A DNA stretch of 51,576 nucleotides, taken from the NCBI GenBank assembly GCA_049999805.1, contig JBNGIO010006320.1, positions 313,593-365,168 on the forward strand, written 5' to 3'. Origin of the DNA: Folioceros fuciformis (Eukaryota). The position numbers and the translations under genes are program-made. The notes beneath the pieces were generated by a model. It was given only the letters and a program-made list of their open reading frames with translations, was not told where the DNA came from and searched no databases. The first letter of the stretch is position 1; each line of letters starts with the position of its first letter. Shown here in pieces: positions 1 to 10,344 of the stretch.

Positions 1-525
1 GGGCTGTCGTGGTTGTAGGGGATAAGAAAGGGCGGGTTGGAGTGGGAGTGGGCAAGGCTAAGGAGGTGATCAATGCCGTGCAGAAGTCTGCCCTGGATGC
101 CAAGAGGCATATGGTGACCGTCCCCATGACTAAGTACCTCACGTTCCCCCACAGGTAACAGCCGGGCTGGTGACCCTGTAGGGTTTCTGTTCCCGAATGT
201 TGAATGCACGTGGTTTTCTCGATTTGTTCGGTTCCATGAGCACGAGTGATGATGACGACTGGATTACATTTCCAGGGCTGAAGGTAGGTTCGGAGCTGCC
301 AAAGTGATGCTCCGACCAGCCGCCATTGGTACTGGAGTCATTGCTGGAGGTTCTGTGAGGGTGGTGTTGGAGCTGGCTGGAGTTGAAAACGCTCTTGGCA
401 AGGAGCTTGGCAGCAAGAACCCTCTCAACAATGCGAGGGCAGTGTTGGAGGCTGTGTCAGGCATGAAGCAGTTCAGGGATGTGGCACGGGACCGTGGGAT
501 TCCCATGGAGGAGCTCTGGAAGTAG
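1..525 (+). CDS. PRPS5: Plastid 30S ribosomal protein S5 (nuclear-encoded), 3' part; 5' end lies outside the window
   Basis: Exon 1..154 ([29 protein letters not shown]...YLTFPHR), GT-AG intron 155..275, exon 276..525 ([42 protein letters not shown]...[11 protein letters not shown]...EELWK*). These are uS5 N- and C-domain motifs with the plant plastid-type C-terminus. Confidence 0.95.
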
Positions 526-1428
526 GCTGGCATTCGAGGATTGCTCTCAAGTCTTGCACACCAACTCGTGTAGATCGAGCGCCCTAGGAAAAGCTTTGGC
601 TTGACAAACGATTTCTAGGACGCCAATGAGCACCAAGGCCCAACCTTGCCCTTCCTTAGCCAAGGAGCACGCGGAGATACATTTCCCATCCGTTGTTAGG
701 ACGGAATTGTTTTCAGGCAGAGGCATCAAACCACATACCTCTGGGGGGTTTAGGGTTTAGATCCTCCCACTGCTATGCAAGTTGCTCATGTACAGGCTGA
801 CTGCTGGAATCGAGGAGCTTCCGTGGCTTCGTCTGGTATATCCTAGAGATGGCCTCGCTTCTTCGTCTTGGCTTTACAAAGCCTGTCCACTCTTTCCCTC
901 AAGTAATTTTCCTCAGTAATAACCACAGAGTCACCCCTAACTGAGTAAGTGTGCACAAATACCGCCAAGACGCCAACTCATGTGAATTTGCGTACTGGAT
1001 CAGTTTGCAGATGGACATCAACGTGAACACAGTGGCTTCATACCATTGGTGCATTTACCCTCATGTATACTATTTGTTGAGGTGGAGCTGTATGTTCCCG
1101 GGAGACGACACTTAGCTACTCTTTTTGCCCGCCATCTGGCTAAAGCTCTGCGGCTGACCAAAGAGAGGCTAACACCTCGACACACCATTCTACTTGACGT
1201 CTGGCTCCGGATAGTCGTGATGCCTTAAATGCTCACATCAATGCCAAGTTGAGCAGCATTCCTGAGCCATTCACCTAGACTTGCAACTTCCTCTGTCGGA
1301 TTCCTCCAACTTTTGCGGATCTCTTTCTGTAGCGCTCTTGCCTTGACTCTGTGCGTACCAGTCTCCTACTTCACTCATTCCGTGCACTTGATCCTCGGTT
1401 CTAGTTCTGCATCCCACGATCTGCTACA

Positions 1429-1940
1429 ATGGCCAGAACCAAGAAGACGAAAACTACGGGCAAGGCCTCCGCCGTGGCCAAGAACAAGATGACGAGTCCG
1501 CAAGTGAAGTTCACTGACATGCGAGCAGCCAGCTCGGAGAGAATGGCCGTTCTCAGAGCCAAAATGGGAGAAAAATTGGTGCGCTTGAACGCCTCCATGC
1601 TGCTCGCCTTCTCCAAGATCCGTCATCCCGTGAATCCAGTGAAGCGCATTGCGGCCAAGGAGAGGTCCAAGGAAATGAAGCAAGCTGCGACAGGTACACG
1701 TCAGAAATGGGGCCAGTTCGTGCGTGCGACATAGCATAGTTGTAATGTGTGACGATTGCGGCTCGTGTCCATGAAACCTGTATGACTCGTCGCATCACCT
1801 CCTAACCTCGTTCGATTCTGGTGCAAACGTTTGCAGAAAGGAGGAAACAGCAAATAGCCATTGCTGCAAATGTGGCGTCCGCCAAGCGAGCTCGCATTCG
1901 TGAGAAGAGAGCTGCGCAGATGGATAACGTGTTGCACTAA
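1429..1940 (+). CDS. Small basic protein (122 aa), probable LEA_1 (group 4 LEA)-like
   Basis: Exons 1429..1693 and 1837..1940 joined by a phase-1 GT-AG intron give ...KEMKQAATERRKQQIAIAANVASAKRARIREKRAAQMDNVLH*. The pattern 'MRAASSERMAVLRAKMGEK...ATERRKQQI' resembles LEA_1 helices. Family assignment is from memory of the pattern. Confidence 0.55.
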
Positions 1941-2212
1941 ACAAGATTTGCTCCCTAGGATGTCTCTCCTTCGGAATGTGTGAACCGTGGACAGAGTTGA
2001 TGTAATTTCGCAGAGCCTTGCCACGTTCGCGTTCTATAGGCTGAAGGGAGCGTGCAATTTTAAGCTAGAATTTGCAACGTTAGGTTGTGCGTAATACGCT
2101 CGTCGATTGATGTAGTACATGTTTGAACATATACTTTGACCCTTAGTTTGTAACAAGCACTACGCCAGAACTTGGCTTGTACATTTACCTCTATACCGCG
2201 GGCAGACGAGTC

Positions 2213-4699
2213 TTAGTGGTTGTCACAACATGAGCATAAACCATCCTTAAAATGATGGACTCGGTGTGCGTCTCTAACAACGATCTCTCTCCCTTCAAGT
2301 TTGGATATTACCCTGCTGCCATTGTGGCAATCATCGCACATTCTAAGATCCTTGGTGATGAAAAGAGGTGTGTTTTCAGGTGTGTTCAAAATTCCAAAAG
2401 CAATGGCCAATTTCTCTGCATGCCCGCATAAATAATCCTCCTTCTCCAACAGATCAGTCTCAGCCACATGTCCTTGCTCTTTCATTCGAAGATTCAAGTT
2501 CTGCAGCATTGTAGAAGTGTCATCTCTCTGATCCCCAACAATGAACTCATGTATCTTCTGATCCACTTCAATCACAGCCTTTGCAGGTTTCTTCTGAGCT
2601 CCAGCCAACTTCCTCAATTTGTCTATTTCCTCTGCCTCTTCTCGTCTGCCAGCATCGGCATAGATTTTGGACATGAGGACATACCCAGCAGCTTGATGGG
2701 GATCGATGTGGACAAGCCGATCAAAACAACGTCTTCCCATCTCCACATTACCGAACATGTTGCAGGCACTTAGCAAAGATCTCCACCCGACACAGTCACG
2801 TTCAATTGGTGAGGCCTGCAACATATTTTCTGCCTCATCCAGCTGCCCTGATCGTGCAAGCATGTCAACCACGCAGGTGAAGTGCTCGACACTTGCTACA
2901 ATTCTATGCTCTTCTGTCATTTTTCTCAACAACTCCTTACCTTCATTGATTAAGCCTTTGCGACTGCAAGCAACAAGGAGACAAGTGAAAGTCGTTGCAT
3001 CAGGTTCAACTCCCTGGCATTGCATTTGCTTCAAGCATTGAATGGCCATGGTAGAGTCATCATGCTGGCTATACGCGTTGATAAGAACATTCCACGTCAC
3101 CACATCTCTTTGTGAAAGTCTGTCAAACACCTTTTTGGCATCCTCTAGGCTTCCACACTTAGCGTACATGTCCAGTAAAGCATTAGAAACCAGCTCATCT
3201 GCTTCCAGCCCTCTTTTCAAAATCTCAGAGTGTAATTTCTTGCCATCTTGCAAAGCTCCTGTGCTGGAACACATCTGGAGCAAGTTTGCAAATATGACAG
3301 TGTCTGGACAGACACCAGCCTGTTTCATTCGTTGAAAAAGGTCAAGGGCTTCTTGACACTGGCCACGCTGAGCATACCCTGCGATCATGATGGTCCACGT
3401 CACCACATCTCCCTCTGACAATCCATCAAATACAATTCGAGCATCATCTATGTCATCGCACTCCACATACATGTTCATCAAGGCACTTCCAACAAGCGCA
3501 TCCCCTCCAAGTCCCCGTTTCAAAATTTGACGATGTATCTGCTTGCCATCTTGCATGGCTCCAACGCTTGCACAAGCCTTTAGAATGCTGACAAATGTTA
3601 CGAGGTCTGGCAAAATGCCATCTTCCTGCATTCTCGAGTAAAGCCGAAGGGCGTCATGCCCTAGCCCATGTTGAGCATATCGTGCAATCATGGAATTCCA
3701 TGTAACCACATTCTTGTTCACCAGTCCATCAAATACTATTTGCGCATCCTGCAGGCTTCCACATTGCCCGTACATGTTCATCAGGGAGCTCCCAATGAAG
3801 ACACTAGAATGGAGTCCCTTGGCAAGGATCTGAGCATGGATCTGTTTGCCATCCTGCAAGGCTCCTATGCTGCCACACGCTTTCAGTATGCTTACATATG
3901 TAACGTCATTTGGTGACAAGCCCTCCTCGAGCATCGTTTTGTACAACTCCAGGGCTTTTGCACCAAGCCCATGTTGAGCATATCCTGCAATCATCACATT
4001 CCAAATAACAACGTTCCTTGTGGACATCTTTTCGAACACTTGGTGGGCGTCCTCCAAACTCCCACAGTTTGCATACATGTGTATGAGAGCGCTGCCAACA
4101 AACAGATTGGACTCAGCCTTACACTCCAAGACATCCTCATGGACAAGCTTGCCTGATTTCAGATCTCCTTTACTTGCACAGGCTTTCAGGACTGCCACAA
4201 ATATATAGTCGTTAGGTTCTATGCTTGAGTTCCGCATTTTCTGATACAGTTGTATAGCTCGTTGAGCGTATCCACGATCAGCATGTGCTGAGATCAGTGA
4301 AGCCCATACGAACACATTAGGGGCAGGCAGCTTACTGAAGACACCCCTAGCTTCCAGCAGTTTTCCGTGAGAAGCATACATGCGGATGAGGTGGTTCCCT
4401 AGAAAAGTATCCACCTCATGCCCACTACGGGCAGTAAGAGCATGGATGTATTTGCCCGCTTCCAGATCCCTGTTTGTAATGCTCTCCTTCAGAAGCCGGT
4501 ACAGCATATCTGCAGATATGTACGATCCTCCCCTGCACAACAAGTCCAAAGCTTGGACCGCCTCATGCAGCCGGCCTTCCTCCAGTAACCTGCTCCAATC
4601 TTCTGACACCCCTCTATACTCCACATGGCTGCCACTTCCTGACACTCTGCATGCCCAGAGCAGCTGAAACAACGTGAGAACCTCAGCAGCATGGGCCAA
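2213..4699 (-). CDS. PLS-class PPR protein with E1-E2 and KP-type DYW deaminase domain (organellar RNA editing factor)
   Basis: About 17 P/L/S repeats (e.g. DVVTWNVLINAYSQHD, DATTFTCLLVACSRKG, SVEHFTCVVDMLARSG), E1/E2, then KKPAKAVIEV...HAEKLA...CDDCH...HHFKDGLCSCCDNH*. The track ORF starts at TTG. The true start is probably in upstream exons (ATG at 5304, MIMKRRTPAAGSLVSLCFRNRKSSS..., also conserved in the paralogue at 16865). Confidence 0.95.
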   Translation of the reverse strand: MAHAAEVLTLFQLLWACRVSGSGSHVEYRGVSEDWSRLLEEGRLHEAVQALDLLCRGGSYISADMLYRLLKESITNRDLEAGKYIHALTARSGHEVDTFLGNHLIRMYASHGKLLEARGVFSKLPAPNVFVWASLISAHADRGYAQRAIQLYQKMRNSSIEPNDYIFVAVLKACASKGDLKSGKLVHEDVLECKAESNLFVGSALIHMYANCGSLEDAHQVFEKMSTRNVVIWNVMIAGYAQHGLGAKALELYKTMLEEGLSPNDVTYVSILKACGSIGALQDGKQIHAQILAKGLHSSVFIGSSLMNMYGQCGSLQDAQIVFDGLVNKNVVTWNSMIARYAQHGLGHDALRLYSRMQEDGILPDLVTFVSILKACASVGAMQDGKQIHRQILKRGLGGDALVGSALMNMYVECDDIDDARIVFDGLSEGDVVTWTIMIAGYAQRGQCQEALDLFQRMKQAGVCPDTVIFANLLQMCSSTGALQDGKKLHSEILKRGLEADELVSNALLDMYAKCGSLEDAKKVFDRLSQRDVVTWNVLINAYSQHDDSTMAIQCLKQMQCQGVEPDATTFTCLLVACSRKGLINEGKELLRKMTEEHRIVASVEHFTCVVDMLARSGQLDEAENMLQASPIERDCVGWRSLLSACNMFGNVEMGRRCFDRLVHIDPHQAAGYVLMSKIYADAGRREEAEEIDKLRKLAGAQKKPAKAVIEVDQKIHEFIVGDQRDDTSTMLQNLNLRMKEQGHVAETDLLEKEDYLCGHAEKLAIAFGILNTPENTPLFITKDLRMCDDCHNGSRVISKLEGREIVVRDAHRVHHFKDGLCSCCDNH

Positions 4700-5562
4700 C
4701 CATTCACCATCTACAGAGACGAGCGTAATTTTGGATACCTGACAGAACCCCGATCATCTCCAACACGTGTCGAGGACAATGCCCATGAAGAAAACGAATG
4801 TCCTTCCTCACCCTTCGACTGTCTCGGTGAAGGCCTAAAGGTCTCCGTTGTTGTGCTGTTCACGTGGTCCGCACACTCGAGGTCTGTCTGTGCGATCACC
4901 CATTATCAACTGCAAACTGAGGGCCAAGCAACGCCTCATTCTCCTGCTGGAGCATTACCAGATAGTTTAGCAGAATCCACAAAAAAGGTCCGAGATAGAG
5001 TCCCACCTGCTGTGGAGTTTTGATCCACCAGCGGGAAGGCTTCACAAAAGATTCTGGCCTCAGTCCCTCGTTTAAAGCAACGGCATCTGCAACACCAGCT
5101 TCAACCATGAAAACCCAAACCCCTTCCAGTTCTCAACCACAACCATGATCACTCACCGCAGCTGGCGCCAAACCAATGCCGTCCGATTGAGAAATCCAGA
5201 GTCAGATCACGCCTCTCCCAGTTCTCTCCACTGCTGGATTTGCGATTTCGGAAGCATAGACTAACAAGGCTGCCAGCCGCCGGCGTCCTTCGCTTCATGA
5301 TCATTTCCTACCGGAATGCAGTTTTCGCCGGTCATACAATCTGGCTGGTTCGCAGCTCAACCTACTGATCCCACTTTATCAGCCACCCGGAGCACATGTT
5401 GCAGTGTCATCGTGACTCGGGTGTGTCATTCCAGCATTAGTTCAGGTGGAGGGTGGGGGTGCCATTTCACGCGCTGCTATGGAGTCGTTAAGGTGGGGTT
5501 TTCTGGGCTACCCAAGTGAAACAAAGAACAGGGGCTTGGGCATGACGTTCTTCGGGGAAGAA

Positions 5563-6045
5563 GTAACAGTCGGACTGGTTACTCAAGTTCTTTGTCCGTT
5601 CTGCCAATAGGTGTTCGGATGCGGGTGCTTTACAGATTGCGGTGAACGCAGGATTCCGCTACTGCGAGCTAGCAATTTAAAAGGGCATGGTGGAACAAGA
5701 TAGAGTGGCTAAGAAGCTGGTGGAATGTCCGTTTGTCATAGAATCAGATACCCTTAGAAGGCCGTGTGGAGGGGAAGTATCGCACAATCAGTGTGAAGGT
5801 AAGCCGATTGCTTGCTTGAATAGCAGGAAGTGTCCATGTTCCTACCTGGCTTCATGCCTGAACTTGGCTCTCTCAGGATTTCGCACCAGAAAAGGAGTAT
5901 CAGAACGTGGTGGATGTGGTTCCTGAATTCTTTGACAATGAGACTGTAAAGGAGGCCCTGCTTTCAGCCAGGACAATCTTTGTCAATGCTGTGATGGGAT
6001 TCATGCCTCATTTTTGGGAGGGACAAGCAAGATGGATGAAGCTAT
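5563..6045 (+). pseudogene. Internal fragment of the atypical PGK gene (copy of ~24189..24665)
   Basis: Collinear nucleotide match including intron sequence (MVEQD..KKLVE.PFVIESDTL; ...TIFVNAVMGFMPHFWEG). It has indels, an in-frame stop, and no 5' or 3' exons. Confidence 0.9.
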
Positions 6046-6329
6046 TTAGGTCAATGTAGGTATAAAAACAGGAGTAAGCAGGTAAAAAAATAGTTGATCT
6101 TAGCAACAACTTCAGGTGAAGATATGATTAAGAAGAGTTGCATTTGATATCAAGTATTAACCTAGCAGCAGGCTAGCAAAGATTATGTGGAGTAGCAATG
6201 TCTTGATTATAAAGTTGATAACAATTGAAGCTGAAAGCATTGGGTATTTCGAAAAAATTAAAAAGAAAAGTAGACCCGTGAACGTAGTGTCGCTGTGACG
6301 CGGATTTCCAATGCTCAATGCGGCGAACC

Positions 6330-7119
6330 TCAGAGAGACGTGGGTGTAGAATGTCGCACGATTTTCAGTATAGTAACGGCGGCAGGAATTCCAATGGCAA
6401 GAGCAGGGACAACAATCTCAAGACAGCGGCCAACGACTCCCTCCTGAGCGGAAGTGCGATCTGTCGAGGACTTCTCCGGCTCTGGCTGTAGATTCAAACT
6501 CCTTTCCTGCTCCGACTCTTGTGCTGGCGCTGGCTCTGCCGTCCTCACCCTAAAGGTTGTGTCCTCAAACTCCACGCCGAACAGCTCCCCCACGAGTCTA
6601 ATGCTCATTTTGGGTGATTGTGGGATTTCCACATCGTCGATTTTTGGAAAGAAGCTTGAGCTCGACATCATCTGGAAAACTTCCGGTGATTCCTCAAATT
6701 CTTCAGAGATGCAAGGAAGGAAAGATGCGTTTCAGCAGTGTTAGTACATTTGGAGTGGAAAGTTCTGTTGATTTACACGTAAGCTTTCGCAAACGATTCG
6801 AACCTCTCAGCAGGGAGGAGATCATTCTGGTTGTCTTGTTGCCGATGCCGGGGTCGTCAAGGTCGAGGACATCCACCATCACCCTGCGCACACCTGATAT
6901 GCGGTAGACCAACAGTTCCAGATTGTCCAGGCACCACAGAATATCCCGATACTCGATCACTCTCACGCCGGGTAAATGCATGGGTTGGTATCTGCCATGT
7001 TGTATCTCCGAAACTATGAAATCAATTGTTTCGTCCTTGGAAATTTGAGCAGGAATAGTTTTCAGCGTGAATCGTAGTTCTTCAGGATTAATGAGTATCA
7101 TCCTGCCGAATTCTTCCAT
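6330..7119 (-). CDS. Family X copy 1: ParB/Srx-like N-domain + acidic linker + C-terminal tail anchor (228 aa)
   Basis: Exon 1 6804..7119 (316 bp), phase-1 GT-AG intron 6701..6803, exon 2 6330..6700. The spliced frame is open and ends ...IVVPALAIGIPAAVTILKIVRHSTPTSL*. The same structure occurs in two paralogues. Confidence 0.8.
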
Positions 7120-7269
7120 GGTTCGGTGTCTGCAAATGATACATAATACATGGCCACTAAATCATGGTGCAGGACATGCATATTTGAAAGTACAAAACGG
7201 CCTGAAGATAGTGTGAAACCAGTTTGTAGCAGCACTCATCTTTTGCAGGAACGTTAAAGTAAATTATAC

Positions 7270-7770
7270 CTTTCCCGACTTGATGGCATGCAGCAGATAA
7301 GAGTGCCACCAAGTGACCTTGTGTGTGATGTAGGCAGTGACAACTTCCTTTGCCGGCACGGCAGTGTCTCCCGGATACTTCTAGATCTGGAAGTCTGCGC
7401 GAAGGTCTTGCACTTTCAGGAACATGATTCATCAACCTGTGCACTATTCCATAACCGTACTCTAAGCGCATCCCAACGGATGACTTCCAGCTTCTGAAGA
7501 GGCATTTGCGCAGGTCCTGGAGCGTTTCAAGATACCTTTCCTAATTGGATGGCATGCAGTAGCTAGCAATTGTGTTCCCACGTGACCGTGTCCGTGATGT
7601 AGGCAGTGACTTTCTTTGCAGGCACGGCAGTGTCTCCAGGGTCATTCTCAATCTAGAGAGGCAAGCACTTCCTTAGACTTCCAGGAATATTCATCATCAG
7701 ACTCTGCGCCATTCTATGTCTGAAGTTTAAAAGCATCCAAGCGGATCAGCTCCGGCTTCTTACGCGGCAT
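7270..7770. repeat. Two degenerate ~260-bp direct repeats upstream of family X copy 1 (likely duplicated 5'UTR exons)
   Basis: The core GGCATGCAG..A..AGTG...TGACC.TGT.TGTGAT.TAGGCAGTGAC..TTCC.TTGC.GGCACGGCAGTGTCTCC occurs twice here and twice upstream of each other X copy (~9460-9960, ~12020-12500, ~26620-27140). Minus-strand GGAAAG|GT donors and a TTTGCAG acceptor just before the ATG. Confidence 0.75.
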
Positions 7771-7897
7771 GTGAACCGAACACCTCCGGCTCCCCAACCG
7801 GCATTTGAGCGTAGCAGTAGATGAGAATTTGAAACGCTTGCTCTTCATCAGCTGTTGACAAGATCTACCACCTCCGTCTTCTCCACGATCATGTTTG

Positions 7898-7906
7898 AAA
7901 CCCTAA
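7898..7906 (+). promoter_or_regulatory. Telo-box (AAACCCTAA) upstream of family X copy 1; equivalent at 10052..10060 for copy 2
   Basis: Exact AAACCCTAACCCT at the same position upstream of two paralogues. The telo-box is a known plant 5'-proximal element. Function here is not shown. Confidence 0.4.
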
Positions 7907-8417
7907 CCCTGGGCAACTTATTATGCACTGCACTGCACTGCATCATAAGTTGGAGTGGTGGAATGGGCAACGCACGATAATGTATCTTTTTGTGGAGCTT
8001 CTGTCTGAAAATAAGTTGTATTTGAAAGTAATTTTGTGCTGGCTTGGCATTAAAAAAACTACCCAAAAAATTATACGCCTAGCTATTTGTTGAGGTGGAG
8101 CTATGTGGTCCCAGGAACGACACTTAGGTACTCGTTTGGCCATCTGGTTAAGGATAATCTTAGGGTAAACAAAACCTTCAGGTAAAGCTTTGGTGCAGAA
8201 GAGTTGCAAGTGCTGCCTAGGAACAGGCTAGCAAGGATAATGTCCAGTAGAAATGTGTGGATTACATTACACAGTTTGTTGAAGCTGGACCATTGATTAG
8301 TTCACAACAATAAGACAAAGAAAATTAAACTCGTCAGACCTACTTTCGCTATGACTCTGATTTCTAATACCCAATTCGGCAGAGTGAAGTGGTAAGCGTT
8401 GCTCGCAGGTGGCCATT

Positions 8418-9331
8418 TTATGTGTCTCTGGGATTTCGCACGATTTTCAAGATTGTCATTACGACAGGAATCCCAATGGCAAGAGCAGGGACAACAATCT
8501 TAAAAACCCGGCCGGAACCTCCACTCTGCACACGAGTGCGAGCTGCAGAGGAATTTTTTGTGCCTTCCTCTAATCCAGAAGTAGCACTCCGAGGGTAGCG
8601 CCAGAGTGACACCTGGTCTTCAACCCACTGCGGTTCCATCTGTGAGGGGGTTGGATCTGGCTCCGTCTCCGCCTCTGGTTCTCGCTCTGGCTCTGGCTCT
8701 AGTAGTTTCGAATCCCTTTGATGCTCCGACTCTGGTGCTGGCGCTGCAGCTGGCCTCCTCACCCTTAAGTTTGTCTCCTCATCATCCGCGTCGAACAGCT
8801 GTCCCACGAGCCTCATGTCCACACTGGCTGGTTGTGGGATGTCCAAATGTGCTTCATCAGGAAAGAAGTCTGGGCTCGACATCTCGTCGAAGACATCCGA
8901 TGACTCCTCAAATTCTTCAGAATTGCAAGGGAGGGAAGAATAGTTTTCTGCAGTGTCAGTACACTTGGAGGAACAAGTTTTGCTAAACACGAAAGCTGTC
9001 TCAAATGATTCCAACCTCTCAGCAGGGCGAAGATCCTTCTGGTAGTTTTCTTGCCAATTCTGGGATCGTTATGCTCGAGGACGTCCACCTCCACCATGCC
9101 CACACCAGCTGTGCGGTAGACCCACAGTTGCCGATTACTCAGGCACCACAGAATCCCCCTATAATCGATCGCTCTCATTCGGGCTAAGTGCATGGGCCGA
9201 ATTCTGCCCTGTCGTATCGCTGTAACTATTTTTTCAAGTACGTGGCCGGTCGAAATTTGACGAGGCATGGTTCTCAGCGTGAACCGCAGTTCTGCAGGAT
9301 CGATTTGTATCGTTCTGCCAACACCTTCCAT
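8418..9331 (-). CDS. Family X copy 2: ParB/Srx-like N-domain + acidic linker + tail anchor (270 aa)
   Basis: Exon 1 9016..9331 (316 bp), intron 8915..9015, exon 2 8418..8914. The splice joins ALLR|EFEESSDVFDEM... in frame, ending VFKIVVPALAIGIPVVMTILKIVRNPRDT*. Confidence 0.8.
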
Positions 9332-10079
9332 GGTGCGGTGTCTGCAAGTGATTCAAAATACACGGTGTAAGATAGGTTTATTTGAAAGTTCAAGACGACC
9401 CGAAGTTAGCGTCAGACCAGTTTGTAGTAGTACACACCTTCGGGGATGAACGTTACAGTATCTTGATGGCATGCAGCAGAAAAGTTGTGTTACCAAGTGA
9501 CCTTGTGTGTGATGTAGGCAGTGACAACTTCCCTTGCCAGCACGGCAGTGTCTCCCGGGTACTTTTAGATCTCAAAGTCTGGTGAAGCTCTTACACTTTC
9601 AGGACCATGAATCATCAACCTGTCCACTCTCCTGTAACCGCACTCGAAACGTATCCCGACGGATCAGTTCCGGCTTCTCAAGTGGCATTTGCGAAGGTCC
9701 TGGAACATTTCAAGATACCACCATTCCTAATTGGATAGCATGCAGCACATAGCTAGCTAGTGTGTTACCGACTAACCTTCTGTGTGATTTAGGGAGGGGC
9801 TTCCTTTGCAGGCACGGCACTGTCTCCAAGGTGATTCTCGATCTCTATAGAGGGGCAAGCACTTACACTTCCAGGAATATTTATCGTCGGCCTCTGGGCC
9901 ATCTACGTCTGTAGTTTAATAGCATCCGAGCGGATCAGCTCCAGCTTCCGAACAGGCACTTGAGCGTGGCAGTAGGTGAGAATCGAAATGCTTGCCCTTC
10001 AGCAGCTGGTGAAAAGATCCATCACCTCCGTCTTCTCCACGATCGTGTTTGAAACCCTAACCCTGGGCATGCGCTGCAC

Positions 10080-10265
10080 TGCAGCGTAACCTTATGCAAG
10101 CATGCTGCAGAAGGAACCCGAGCACGTCGTAGATGCAGCGGTGCAGCGTAAACCTATGCAAGCATGCTGCAGAAGGAACCCGAGCACGTCGTAGATGCAG
10201 CGGTGCAGCATAAACCTATGCATCTATGCTGTAGAAGGAATCCGAGCACGCTGTAGATGCAGCAG
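10080..10265. repeat. Tandem repeat, 3 x ~62 bp
   Basis: The unit TGCAGCGTAAACCTATGCAAGCATGCTGCAGAAGGAACCCGAGCACGTCGTAGATGCAGCGG is repeated head-to-tail. A single related unit lies at ~27288-27350. Confidence 0.9.
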
Positions 10266-10344
10266 TGCTTGTTTCATACTTGTTATATTTCTCTCCAGCT
10301 TATCTGCGACATAAGCATAAACCATGGGATGGTCATTCATAATC

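Noticed and set aside
749-760. Telomere-like TTTAGGGTTTAG
   Set aside because: Under two units long; an interstitial telo-box-type word, not a telomere.
1429-1734. Histone H3 or CENH3 call from the MARTK start
   Set aside because: No histone-fold sequence follows; the spliced product looks LEA_1-like.
10080-10265. CRISPR-like regular repeats (also 32003-32150 and 12680-12835)
   Set aside because: No unique spacers, no cas genes, and a eukaryotic context; these are ordinary tandem repeats.
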